Shown: positions 42,301 through 51,629 of the stretch, piece after piece
Position numbering within the stretch: the stretch's first letter is position 1
Layout: each line of letters starts with the position of its first letter
From: Balanoglossus misakiensis
Taxonomy: Eukaryota > Animalia > Hemichordata
DNA length: 64,000 bases
Assembly (NCBI GenBank): GCA_040954595.2
Contig: CM082591.2
Location: forward strand, 3,395,957-3,459,956
Direction: 5' to 3'
Translations under genes and position numbers: made by a program
The notes under the pieces: model-generated
What the model saw: only the letters and a program-made list of their open reading frames with translations
Told to the model about the DNA's origin: nothing
The model's database searches: none

Positions 42301-45291
42301 AGTAACACCATGTACGTCAACCATCACCAAGGTCACTTTTCGTTTGTCAAGGACTTTGACCACTATGCGCAATCGTACAAATGTTCCCATTGCGGTAAAT
42401 TGTTTGATCGATTTAAAAACCTCAACAAGCACGAGAAGATATGCTCGACTGAAACGACGAAAAAGTTCCCTGGAGGTACGTACCAGCTGAACCCAACTGT
42501 GTTCGAAGCTCTGGCTGATGTGGGAATCGATGTGCCGGAAGACTGGCGTTATTATCCTTACAGAGCCACATTCGACTTTGAATGTTATCTGAGTACAGAT
42601 GACTTACCACCTAACCATGCCCCAAAACTTCGTCTGGAAACAAAACATGAGCTACTGAGCGTGAGTGTTTGCAGTAATGTTCCACCGTATGAAGCCCCTA
42701 GATGTTTCATCTCCAGCGGAAATCCACAAGACCTAGTCAGTGAAATGCTCAGCTATCTTCAAACGATCAGCGACCATTGCTTCAACATGTTGAAAGAAAA
42801 ATTTAAAGATGTCTTTACCCGGCTGGACGAAAGAATTGTAAAGGAAAGAGGCGAGGAAGATGAAGAACACCCACTCGGCCGACTGAAATCCCGCTTGATG
42901 AACTACCTCAAGCAGTTGCCTGTTCTTGGCTTTAACTCCGGCCGATACGATCTGAATGCAGCCAAAGCATATCTGTGGCCAGAGCTCTTGCGACAAGGTA
43001 CAGTGCGGTTTGTCATCAAGCGGTCTGCAGATTACTTGACTCTGGAGACAGAGTCACTTCGATTTCTGGACATCTCAAACTATATTTCTCATGGCTGCAG
43101 TTACAGTCAGTTTTTGAAAGCGTACAATGCCACTGCGGAGAAGGGTTTCTTCCCGTATGAATGGATGGATTCTCTGGCAAAGCTGGACTGCACATCACTT
43201 CCACCGCATGATGCATTCTACAGTACTCTGAAGGCAGTCAATATCAGTATGGAAGAATACCAGTTCTGTCAGAGGGTGTGGGAGACGCGGCGAATGACCA
43301 CATTCAGGGATTTCCTGACATGGTACAACAATGCCGACGTGCAGCCATTTCTAGATGCCATCAACAACATGTATCAGTTTTATCGCGAGAGAAGAGTGGA
43401 TCCCTTTAAAGATGCCATCTCTTTACCGGGCATAACAATGCGCTATTTGTTCAAACAACTGCCTGCCGACGTTTCCTTCAGTCTTATCAATGAACGCGAC
43501 AAGGACTTGTACGAGACCTTCAAGTCCAACATCATTGGAGGCCCAAGCATTATTTTCCATCGGTACCACGAAGCGGGTAAAACCTACATCAGAAATAATA
43601 AAACTTGCAGACGTGTCGTCGGATATGATGCCAATGCACTCTACCTTTGGGCCCTCATGCAGGACATGCCAACCGGATACTACGTTCGCAGAAAAGCTGA
43701 GGAAGGTTTCAAACGGACCATATCCGAACCTATGGCCACTGAGTGGCTCGACTTTGTAGCAGACAAAGACAACCTTATCATCCGACACAAAGGGAATGGA
43801 CGAGAAAGACGTCTTGGTGGTCGTCATCTACCCGTGGATGGATTTTGCGAGTCAACTAACACTGTATACCAGTTTCACGGCTGTTACTGGCATGGACACG
43901 ACTGTGAACTGAACCGAGACAGAGAGTGTAATGAAGTACGAGGAAAGTCTTTGCAGGAACTGAGAAGAGAGACTCAGAAGAATGAGAACTATATTCGAGA
44001 GATGGGTTTCAACCTTGTTACCATCTGGGAGTGTCAATACCGCGCTATGCGAAAGACAGACGCGGAACTGAGAAGTTTCAGACGCCAAAGAAACAACAGA
44101 TGCTTCGACAGGTGCTACTCGGTGACAGAAGAACATATCATCGACGCTGTCCAGGATGGTGAACTGTTTGGTATGGTGGAATGCGATCTCGAAGTACCTG
44201 AACATCTGAGGGAGCATTTTTCCGAGATGTGCCCCATCTTCAAGAATACGCTAATTTCAAGGTCAGATATCGGTGAACATATGTTTATGTTTGCAGCTGA
44301 GCGGGACCAACTGCGAAGTCCTCGTCGTTCTCTGATCAGCAGTCTCCACGGTGAAAGGCTCCTCATCATTACGCCACTTTTAAAGTGGTACATGGAGCAT
44401 GGTCTTGTGGTGAAAAAAGTCCACCAGGTGCTTGAGTTCACACCAAAAGCTTGTTTCCGTCGATTTGGAGAGCAAGTGTCAGATGCTCGACGACAAGGTG
44501 ATGCAGATGCCACCAAATCTGTTTTAGGGGACACGATGAAGCTTCTTGGCAACAGTGCCTATGGAAAAACGTTAATGAATAAGGAGAAACACCTTGATGT
44601 GAAGATATGTGGTTTGGCCGAGGCAAGCAAGCTCGTCAACTCTCCACACTTCAGAAGACTCACCGACTTGTCCAGTGACACCTATGAAGTGTCATCCACC
44701 AAACGTAGAATCGTCATCGACCAGCCCATGCAGATAGGACTCTTTGTCTATCAGTATGCAAAACTGCGAATGCTCGAGTTCTACTACGATTTTATGTGCA
44801 GATTCTTCAACAGGTCTGACTTTCAGTATGTTGAGATGGACACGGACTCTGCATATATCGCCATTGCTGCTGAAAGTTTGGAGGAGATGGTCAAACCTGA
44901 GTTGAAACGAGTGTATAATGCCGAGAAGCACTTGTGGTTTCCACGACCCGATCATTATCAACATGACAAGAGAACCCCTGGTCTGTTTAAGGTGGAGTGG
45001 GAAGGTGATGGTATTGTGGCGCTCAACAGTAAATGTTACTACTGTTTTGGTGGCGACAGTGGGGATAAGTTTTCATGCAAGGGCGTCAACAAGAAAACTA
45101 ACCTCGTCACCAAAGAAATGTATCTGGATGTCCTGCAGTCAAAAAGTCCGAAGAGTGTCGTCAACAGAGGATTTCGGTTGCATGGACTCCACCTCTATAC
45201 ATATCGTCAACTCAAGTGTGGATTCAGCTACCTCTACATCAAACGAAAAGTGCTAGCCGATGGAGTGTCCACTGTACCGCTGGAATTGTAA
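39369..45291 (+). CDS. Protein-primed family B DNA polymerase (pPolB) polyprotein with N-terminal C2H2 zinc fingers; predicted 5 exons, 1606 aa
   Basis: Main exon 40779-45291 carries Exo motifs FDFEC, GFNSGRYD and YNNADV, and Pol motifs YDANALY, KLLGNSAYGK and MDTDS. Upstream exons 39369-39467, 40251-40324, 40434-40505 and 40604-40666 join in frame through GT-AG introns. The polymerase call is near certain; the 5' exon model is predicted. Confidence 0.9.
40305..40655 (+). repeat. Tandem duplication (181 + 170 bp) of an exon end, intron and exon start
   Basis: Units 40305-40485 and 40486-40655 are identical apart from the TTTC and T-run lengths. Confidence 0.92.
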
Positions 45292-45803
45292 GCAGCAAAT
45301 TAAACAAAACAAACAACTTTATGCCCGGTGAATTTTCAATTTGTTATTTGTACAATAATTATATATTTTAATTTTGAAGATGAAACAGAGTTCAGTACAA
45401 TTTATATATTCTACTTTGGAAGATGAAACAGAGTTCATACATCTTTCACATGAGTTTTGGTTTTCATGATAAGATTGTTTGTTATTTGACTTGTTGTATT
45501 TTATTAAATGTTTATTAAAGATCCCTCGGTCATTGGCGAGAAAGAAAAAAAAAAAAAAAAGTACCTTGGGTAAATTTTAAAATGAAATGAACTGGTCCTT
45601 TAAAATTATGTTTTGATTGGATGAATGTTTGGATGAATGGTCATGAGAGGTTTGCCCCATAGGTCCTATTTAAGGCCCCTTTGCCCGAAGGGCCACAAAC
45701 AACTCTATTATTTCACAAAGAGACGTATTGAATGAAAAAACCGTTCAGGCCCCTGTGCCCCTCATGTCAAAATGGTGGCCCCTCTTCCAAAAGTGATCTG
45801 ATG

Positions 45804-45839
45804 TATAAGAGTTCCTGACAGTCACTGACTTATTCAGTT
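45804..45839 (+). promoter_or_regulatory. TATA box + initiator upstream of the 47-aa micro-ORF
   Basis: TATAAGA at 45804; TCAGTT with its A at 45836 (32 bp downstream); ACCATGG start at 45846. Confidence 0.6.
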
Positions 45840-45845
45840 TCTACC

Positions 45846-45989
45846 ATGGGTGTCCTCCTGCAAACAGCACTGCAGTGGATTGTCACAAACCACCTCTTTT
45901 CAAAAGTACTGTTTTACTTGTATTTAGGTTCACTCCCCCATATTGTCTACAAGACTATCAAGGCAAGGAGAAAGAAGACAAGAGACTAG
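45846..45989 (+). CDS. Predicted 47-aa hydrophobic/polybasic micro-protein
   Basis: MGVLLQTALQWIVTNHLFSKVLFYLYLGSLPHIVYKTIKARRKKTRD; strong Kozak context directly after a TATA+Inr; below the ORF-track size cutoff. Confidence 0.5.
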   Translation: MGVLLQTALQWIVTNHLFSKVLFYLYLGSLPHIVYKTIKARRKKTRD

Positions 45990-46029
<40 letters not shown>

Positions 46030-46035
46030 GACGTT

Positions 46036-46251
46036 ATGCCAAGAGTGCGTAAAAATTGCCCCTATCCCGGTTGTCGTGCCAAACATCTATCGAGGCTTGC
46101 CAATCACCTGGTTCAGGTGCACAATATCGAAGATAAAGAAATAAGACATCAATTTTTGAAATCAGCTGAAGTATCCAATTCTCATCGACTGATTCGTGAC
46201 TTGGTCAGAATCATCACTGCCTTGTACAAACAAGATCGACCACGTCTATAG
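46036..46251 (+). CDS. Small single-C2H2 zinc-finger protein (71 aa)
   Basis: MPRVRKNCPYPGCRAKHLSRLANHLVQVH: Cx4C...Hx4H pattern; lies immediately upstream of the ATPase. Confidence 0.65.
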   Translation: MPRVRKNCPYPGCRAKHLSRLANHLVQVHNIEDKEIRHQFLKSAEVSNSHRLIRDLVRIITALYKQDRPRL

Positions 46252-46277
46252 AAAGAGACAGTTAGTAACAACAGCAC

Positions 46278-46922
46278 ATGATGGACATAAGATGGCAGCA
46301 CCCCTTCACTGCCCTGATATGTGGGCCTACTCAATCAGGCAAAACGCAGTTTGTGAAAAGGTTACTGACGAACAGGGAAACTATGATATTTCCCCCACCG
46401 GAAAACATCGTTTGGTGCTATGGGGAGTATCAACCAGCCTATACTGAGTTGAAATCTCTGATTCCAAGCATCCGTTTTGTTGATGGCATTTCTACAGATT
46501 TGGACAGTATGATCTCTTCGCACCGTGCTAACTTGCTGATTATAGATGATCTGATGACAGAGAGTGGAAATAACAAAGCCATCAGTGATCTCTTTACCAA
46601 AGGTTCTCACCACCGTAACCTCTCTGTGATACTCATCCTACAAAATGCATTCCATCGAGGTAGAGAAATCCGCACCATCAGTTTAAATTCCCATTATTTG
46701 GTCTTGTTTAAAAATCCAAGAGATGGTTCACAAATTACTCACCTTGCCAAACAGATGTATCCAGGACATACTCGATTTGTCCAGGAATCTTTCATCGATG
46801 CTACTCGTGAATCCTACGGATACCTCTTTATTGACCTGAAGCCTAACACACCGGAAGTCCTTCGTCTCCGCACCAACGTTTTCCCCGGAGAGACTCCATT
46901 CGTATATATCAGAAAAACATAA
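46278..46922 (+). CDS. Genome-packaging ATPase (A32-like, FtsK-HerA superfamily)
   Basis: Walker A GPTQSGKT, Walker B LLIIDD, FTKGSHHRNLSVILILQN. Confidence 0.95.
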   Translation: MMDIRWQHPFTALICGPTQSGKTQFVKRLLTNRETMIFPPPENIVWCYGEYQPAYTELKSLIPSIRFVDGISTDLDSMISSHRANLLIIDDLMTESGNNKAISDLFTKGSHHRNLSVILILQNAFHRGREIRTISLNSHYLVLFKNPRDGSQITHLAKQMYPGHTRFVQESFIDATRESYGYLFIDLKPNTPEVLRLRTNVFPGETPFVYIRKT

Positions 46923-46957
46923 AGGAGTGTGGCAGCATCAAGTCTCATCATTTCACC

Positions 46958-47284
46958 ATGTCTCAGCGAATGAGAAAGCACGCTCATTACCTTTCCGTGT
47001 TAGGCAAAGGAAATTCCAAACAACAGAGGGGAATTGTGGAAGGAGCCAGTGCTGACCTGATTCATTGTATCAGCGAGTGTTGTTTGAATATCTTGAAAGG
47101 AAGCGTGCCTCTGTCCTCTGGCCAAAGAAATAAACTGGGCAAATACAAACATCAACTTCGCACTTTGGCCAACAGAAAAGTGCCGATTTCAAAGAAGAAA
47201 AAATTACTTGTTCAAAAGGGAGGATTCATCACTGCCATCTTGGGACCGGTGCTGTCTGCCTTGGGAAGTCTCCTGTTTAAATAG
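46958..47284 (+). CDS. Maverick PM-like small basic virion protein
   Basis: 108 aa, basic; ISECCLNILKGSVPL and C-terminal QKGG|FITAILGPVLSALGSLLFK amphipathic tail. Family name from recall. Confidence 0.75.
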   Translation: MSQRMRKHAHYLSVLGKGNSKQQRGIVEGASADLIHCISECCLNILKGSVPLSSGQRNKLGKYKHQLRTLANRKVPISKKKKLLVQKGGFITAILGPVLSALGSLLFK

Positions 47285-47292
47285 ATGTCAAG

Positions 47293-48072
47293 ATGTCCAT
47301 GCAACACGTCAAAAAGATGGCCCTGGTGCCACAGGAATTACTAGACACAATTCAGTCGCAACAGAATCAGGTGATTAATCCTGTCACCAAAATGTTGACA
47401 TCACTAGACAAAGAAATGCAGCAGGTCTTAGACCGAACTGACATACCGGAGGATGAAAAAGCTAAACTATACCAGCAAACTCTTCAACAGTACAGAGCTT
47501 ACAGCGACAAAAGGAAGGAACCTGTCAAAATCAGTATTGTCCCCAATGCCACCATATCGTCCACATCATCGGAAGACAGTACGGGTCAGACTGAGAAAGG
47601 ACAACAAGACAGTGAAATTCCTATGGATAGTGTAGAACGGGACGTGGTTGAAAGTGTACCAAAGTCACTTCAGAAGAAAGCGAAACTGATTCTCCAAAAA
47701 ATCAAGCAACACAAAGCTGTTGCCTGGAATGAGAAAGGAGAACTCACCTACGATGGAAATCCCTTGGCAGGTACACACATGGTCGACCTTGTGAATGACG
47801 TGTTGCGGAGAAGGAAAACCTTCACGCCTACGGGATGGCAACAGTTTTCACAAGTGCTCTCGGCAATGAACGTACCACAAGATCTGGTGGGTAATGCAGA
47901 CAGGTGGAAATTTATGCAGTCAGCGAAAGCGACGAAACCACTGGGTCACGCAGTCAGTGATGACGATGAATTTGACGATGAAAATGTGAAGCAGCTCCCC
48001 ATCAAACGAAAGAAAGTCATTTCAACCCCCGTGAAACCTAGGCATCGCCCAAAGAGTTGGGTTCAGTTTTAA
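47293..48072 (+). CDS. Maverick PZ-like conserved protein
   Basis: 259 aa; KKMALVP, LDKEMQQVLDRTD...EKAKLYQQTLQQY, WNEKGEL, PTGWQQF...NVP; located just before the integrase. Family name from recall. Confidence 0.75.
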   Translation: MSMQHVKKMALVPQELLDTIQSQQNQVINPVTKMLTSLDKEMQQVLDRTDIPEDEKAKLYQQTLQQYRAYSDKRKEPVKISIVPNATISSTSSEDSTGQTEKGQQDSEIPMDSVERDVVESVPKSLQKKAKLILQKIKQHKAVAWNEKGELTYDGNPLAGTHMVDLVNDVLRRRKTFTPTGWQQFSQVLSAMNVPQDLVGNADRWKFMQSAKATKPLGHAVSDDDEFDDENVKQLPIKRKKVISTPVKPRHRPKSWVQF

Positions 48073-48121
48073 AAGAAATCTGCACTTCAAAACGACGACC
48101 ATTCTCAAACTGGCTACTGTC

Positions 48122-48418
48122 ATGGAGTGTTGTCCACCCTCTGTTTCCCTGCGTGACATTCTTAAACGTGTGAGGTGCCTCTGTGCATGTTGTGCTGGTT
48201 CTATTGTCGTCCAACATGACCAAATCGATGGACCTGGACCAGCACCTGAGTCAGGTGTATTACGATCCAAGTCATTCCGCAAGTTTTGGAGGAATCGATG
48301 CTGTTTACCGTGCTGTAAGGGAAAGAGGAATCAAGGCCACACGGCAGCAAGTGAGGGAATGGATGCAGCAGCAAGACACGTACACACTCCACAAACCTGT
48401 GAGGTGGAAGTTTCCTAG
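48122..48418 (+). CDS. Predicted Cys-rich 98-aa protein overlapping the integrase 5' end in another frame
   Basis: GTCATGG start fills the gap between the PZ stop and the integrase ATG; Cys clusters ECC, CLCACC, CCLPCC. Confidence 0.45.
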   Translation: MECCPPSVSLRDILKRVRCLCACCAGSIVVQHDQIDGPGPAPESGVLRSKSFRKFWRNRCCLPCCKGKRNQGHTAASEGMDAAARHVHTPQTCEVEVS

Positions 48419-49295
48419 AGGCAGGGTCATCGTGGGCGGCATGGATCAGCAGTGGCAGGCGGATTTGGCAGATGTGAGCTCACTGTCAAAATACAACAGT
48501 GGGTACAGATACATACTGACCTGCATTGACATCCTTTCTAAATATGCCTGGGCCATCCCTCTGAAAGACAAAAGAGGAATCACACTGGTATCTGCTTTCC
48601 AGCAGATATTGGAAGATGGGCGAAAACCAGACAAACTGCAAACAGATCAAGGAAAAGAGTTTGTCAACCACTTGTTTCAACAATTTCTGAAGAAGGAGGG
48701 TATTCACTTTTTCACCACTGGCAATGAAACCAAAGCCTCGGTCGTGGAGCGTTTCAATCGCACGTTGAAAACAAAGATGTGGAAGTATTTCACCAGAAAC
48801 AACACTTTGAGCTACTTGCCAATACTTCCTCAGTTGATGCTGTCGTACAACAACACTTGGCACCGCAGTATCAAGAGAAAACCCTCTTCTGTCAACAAGA
48901 CGAACGATCAAGACGTGTGGGACACTCTTTACGGTGACTTTGAAGGAAAAGTGGTGAAATTCAAGTACAACGTTGGCGATCGAGTGCGAATCAGTAAAGC
49001 AAGACGCATGTTCAAGAAGGGCTACTTACCTAATTGGACGGAAGAAATCTTCACAGTTGCTCAGAGGATTACAGATAGACCGCCTCTGTACAAGTTGACA
49101 GATTATGACGGTGAAGAGTTAGAAGGCACATTCTATGAGCAAGAATTGCAACGGGTGGACAAGAAAGATGATGTCTTTCGAGTGGAAAAGGTGCTCAAGA
49201 AAAGAAAGAGAAAGGGAAAGACGGAATACCTGGTCAAGTGGTTTGGCTGGCCATCGAAATTTAACAGTTGGGTGACAGACATAGCCAAAGTATAA
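48216..49295 (+). CDS. Retroviral-like (DDE) integrase with C-terminal chromodomain
   Basis: First ATG at 48216; WQADLAD, QTDQGKEF, VVERFNRT catalytic triad; FRVEKVLKKRKRKGKTEYLVKWFGWPSKFNSWV chromodomain. Confidence 0.95.
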   Translation: MTKSMDLDQHLSQVYYDPSHSASFGGIDAVYRAVRERGIKATRQQVREWMQQQDTYTLHKPVRWKFPRGRVIVGGMDQQWQADLADVSSLSKYNSGYRYILTCIDILSKYAWAIPLKDKRGITLVSAFQQILEDGRKPDKLQTDQGKEFVNHLFQQFLKKEGIHFFTTGNETKASVVERFNRTLKTKMWKYFTRNNTLSYLPILPQLMLSYNNTWHRSIKRKPSSVNKTNDQDVWDTLYGDFEGKVVKFKYNVGDRVRISKARRMFKKGYLPNWTEEIFTVAQRITDRPPLYKLTDYDGEELEGTFYEQELQRVDKKDDVFRVEKVLKKRKRKGKTEYLVKWFGWPSKFNSWVTDIAKV

Positions 49296-49344
49296 GAGGG
49301 ACTGATGACATGTAAGTATTGTCAGTGCCATTCCGACGTTCAAC

Positions 49345-49872
49345 ATGGCTTCACACCCTTTCTTCCTGACACTTCCAAGTAACGCGTCCATGGATCACTT
49401 TCCCGACAATGTGCTCACCAACTACACCGTGAAATTACCCAAACGCATTTCACTCGAGGGTGATTGGGAAGTGGCTCTGATGGAAATCCATTATCCCTTC
49501 TCTTGGCCCAAGGTGGCAGACAGCACTCCTCCTCCTCCGACTTACGACCCCTCTAATAGCGCCGGGAGGATGCCTGCTGTCATGTCAAATGTGAATCGTA
49601 TCCCATTTTTGTACGTCTACTGCGACATAGTAGACGACCAGTTGGTGGGCGACACACACGCTCCCCTTTTAAGAGTCATCAACACCAACGGAACGTATGG
49701 CAGCATCATCGACAAGACCTTCCAGACGCCGTACTTTGTGCCCATGAAAACTCGCGAATTTGACACCGTAGAAATCTACATAAGAGACGAGACGGGTCGC
49801 AAAGTACCATTTCAAAGTGGGAGAGTGATTGTGACACTTGCTTTCAGAAAACGACGTCCAACTCTTCTGTAG
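49345..49872 (+). CDS. Minor capsid protein (penton, single jelly-roll; PX)
   Basis: FFLTLPSNAS...FPDN...YTVKLP...GDWEVAL.EI.YP and LYVYCDIV..QLVGD...PLLR motifs typical of Polinton mCP. Confidence 0.88.
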   Translation: MASHPFFLTLPSNASMDHFPDNVLTNYTVKLPKRISLEGDWEVALMEIHYPFSWPKVADSTPPPPTYDPSNSAGRMPAVMSNVNRIPFLYVYCDIVDDQLVGDTHAPLLRVINTNGTYGSIIDKTFQTPYFVPMKTREFDTVEIYIRDETGRKVPFQSGRVIVTLAFRKRRPTLL

Positions 49873-49878
49873 TCAATC

Positions 49879-50277
49879 ATGTCGCACAGACGCAAAGTCT
49901 ACGAAAGTAACCCCGCAGTCTACAAGAACTTTTATGTGGATCAGGTGGGTAATGGTGCAGCATTCCAGGGGGCAGCATTACAGAGAGGGTACGGCTTGGG
50001 AGGTCTCCTCGGTGGACTCTTCCGTGCTGCCACCCCTCTCCTGAAACAGGGTGCCAAAGTCATCGGTCGGAAGATGTTGAGCACGGGTATGGACATTGCA
50101 GGGGATGCGCTGAGTGGACGCAACATCAAAACATCTGCGAAAAAGCGATTGATGCAGGCCGGAAAAGAACTCGTGTTGGACCACAGGGCAAGGGGTATAA
50201 AGCGTAAGCCCTCGGCGAAACGTGTCATTTCAAACACAGCCAAGCGACAGAGAAGATCTCCCGACATCTTTGACTAA
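49879..50277 (+). CDS. Maverick PW-like small basic virion protein
   Basis: 132 aa; QVGNG...FQG...QRGYGLGGLLGGLFRAATPLLK amphipathic segment, basic tail ending DIFD; lies between mCP and MCP. Family name from recall. Confidence 0.75.
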   Translation: MSHRRKVYESNPAVYKNFYVDQVGNGAAFQGAALQRGYGLGGLLGGLFRAATPLLKQGAKVIGRKMLSTGMDIAGDALSGRNIKTSAKKRLMQAGKELVLDHRARGIKRKPSAKRVISNTAKRQRRSPDIFD

Positions 50278-50293
50278 CATCCGCACTACCGCC

Positions 50294-51625
50294 ATGGCAT
50301 TTCTTCACGAACACTCTTGTGAATGCACAAAGAGTGAACTGGACTTGTTCACCGTTCCGCCGACTCAGACGAGTGTCGAATCGGGGCATTGGGAAGAAGT
50401 CCATCCCCTGACACACATTGTGGAATCAGGGCCTATTGAATTTGTGATCTCAGGCACGGGCGAAGACTACGTGGATCTCTCTTCCACACTCGTCCTGATC
50501 AAGGCCAAAATTACCAACGCAGATGGTACCAACCTTGAGGAAAATGCACCCGTCGGCCCTGTGAACCTCTGGCTGCACTCACTGTTCAGCCAGGTGGACG
50601 TCCACCTCAATGGGAAAATGATATCCAATCCTTCCCCTACCTATCCCTACCGAGCGATGATAGAAACATTGCTGAATTACGGCCAAGAAGCTAAACAAAC
50701 TCAGCTCACTTCAGCCCTCTTCTACAAAGACTACCACATACAAATGGATGAATCCGATCCCACAAAAGCAGGAGCAGCAGCCAATACCGGATTGAGGGAC
50801 CGCTATGGCTTTACCCGTATCAGCAAAGTTGTCGACATGGTGGGACCCATCCACTCTGACCTCTTCTTTCAACCCAAATATCTCGTGAATGGCGTTGAAT
50901 TGCGTCTCAAACTCAATCGAAGCAAGAACACATTCTCCCTTATGAGTTCTGCCGAAGAGGCAAGCTTCAAAGGCGTGATCACCGAGGCCACTTTACTGGT
51001 CAGGAAAGTAAAAGTCAGTCCGTCTGTACTCTTGGGCCATGCCGAAGCACTGAAAAAGGCTCCCGCCAAATACCCCATACACCGCTGCGTGATGAAAGTG
51101 CTATCCATCCCCGGAGGCACAATGTCTTTCAACAAAGACCACATATTTCTGGGACAGCTACCCAAACGAGTGATCATTGGTCTGGTGGACAACGATGCAT
51201 TCAACGGTTCCTATAAAAAGAATCCTTTCACATTCAGACATTACGACATGACATCGGTCGTCTTGAATATCGGAGGCAAGCAGGTGCCGAGTAAACCCCT
51301 GAAGACGGATTTCTCCTGGCACGGAGGCCAGAACTACATCATGGCTTACCACTCTCTCTTCAGCGGAACCAATAAAATGGGTCGAGACGAAGGGATCAAC
51401 GTCAATCGAGCCGAATACGACAACGGATACACACTGTTTGCCTTCGATCTCACACCTGACCTGTCTGCAGACGGAGGGCATTTAAACCTGGTCAAAGAAG
51501 GAAATCTAGGGTTGGAAATACAATTCAGTCAGGCTCTCACCAACACAGTCAACCTGCTGGTGTATGGGGAATTAGATAATCTCATCGAAATCGACAGAGA
51601 TCGAAACGTCCTCTTTGATTATTAG
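50294..51625 (+). CDS. Major capsid protein (double jelly-roll; PY), 443 aa
   Basis: GCCATGG start; ECTKSELDLFTVPPTQTS, LHSLFSQVDV.LNG, YPYRA.IETLLNY, LGQLPKRVIIGLVDNDAF.G....NPF.F, GYTLFAFDLTPD. Confidence 0.93.
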   Translation: MAFLHEHSCECTKSELDLFTVPPTQTSVESGHWEEVHPLTHIVESGPIEFVISGTGEDYVDLSSTLVLIKAKITNADGTNLEENAPVGPVNLWLHSLFSQVDVHLNGKMISNPSPTYPYRAMIETLLNYGQEAKQTQLTSALFYKDYHIQMDESDPTKAGAAANTGLRDRYGFTRISKVVDMVGPIHSDLFFQPKYLVNGVELRLKLNRSKNTFSLMSSAEEASFKGVITEATLLVRKVKVSPSVLLGHAEALKKAPAKYPIHRCVMKVLSIPGGTMSFNKDHIFLGQLPKRVIIGLVDNDAFNGSYKKNPFTFRHYDMTSVVLNIGGKQVPSKPLKTDFSWHGGQNYIMAYHSLFSGTNKMGRDEGINVNRAEYDNGYTLFAFDLTPDLSADGGHLNLVKEGNLGLEIQFSQALTNTVNLLVYGELDNLIEIDRDRNVLFDY

Positions 51626-51629
51626 AACC

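Noticed and set aside
45732-45818. 28-aa ORF with CxxC (MKKPFRPLCPSCQNGG...) after TATTTAA at 45667
   Set aside because: Very short, with no clear initiator; cannot be distinguished from chance.
45943-46035. Poly-Lys N-terminal extension of the zinc-finger ORF
   Set aside because: It relies on a non-ATG start and is simply the poly(A) tract translated.
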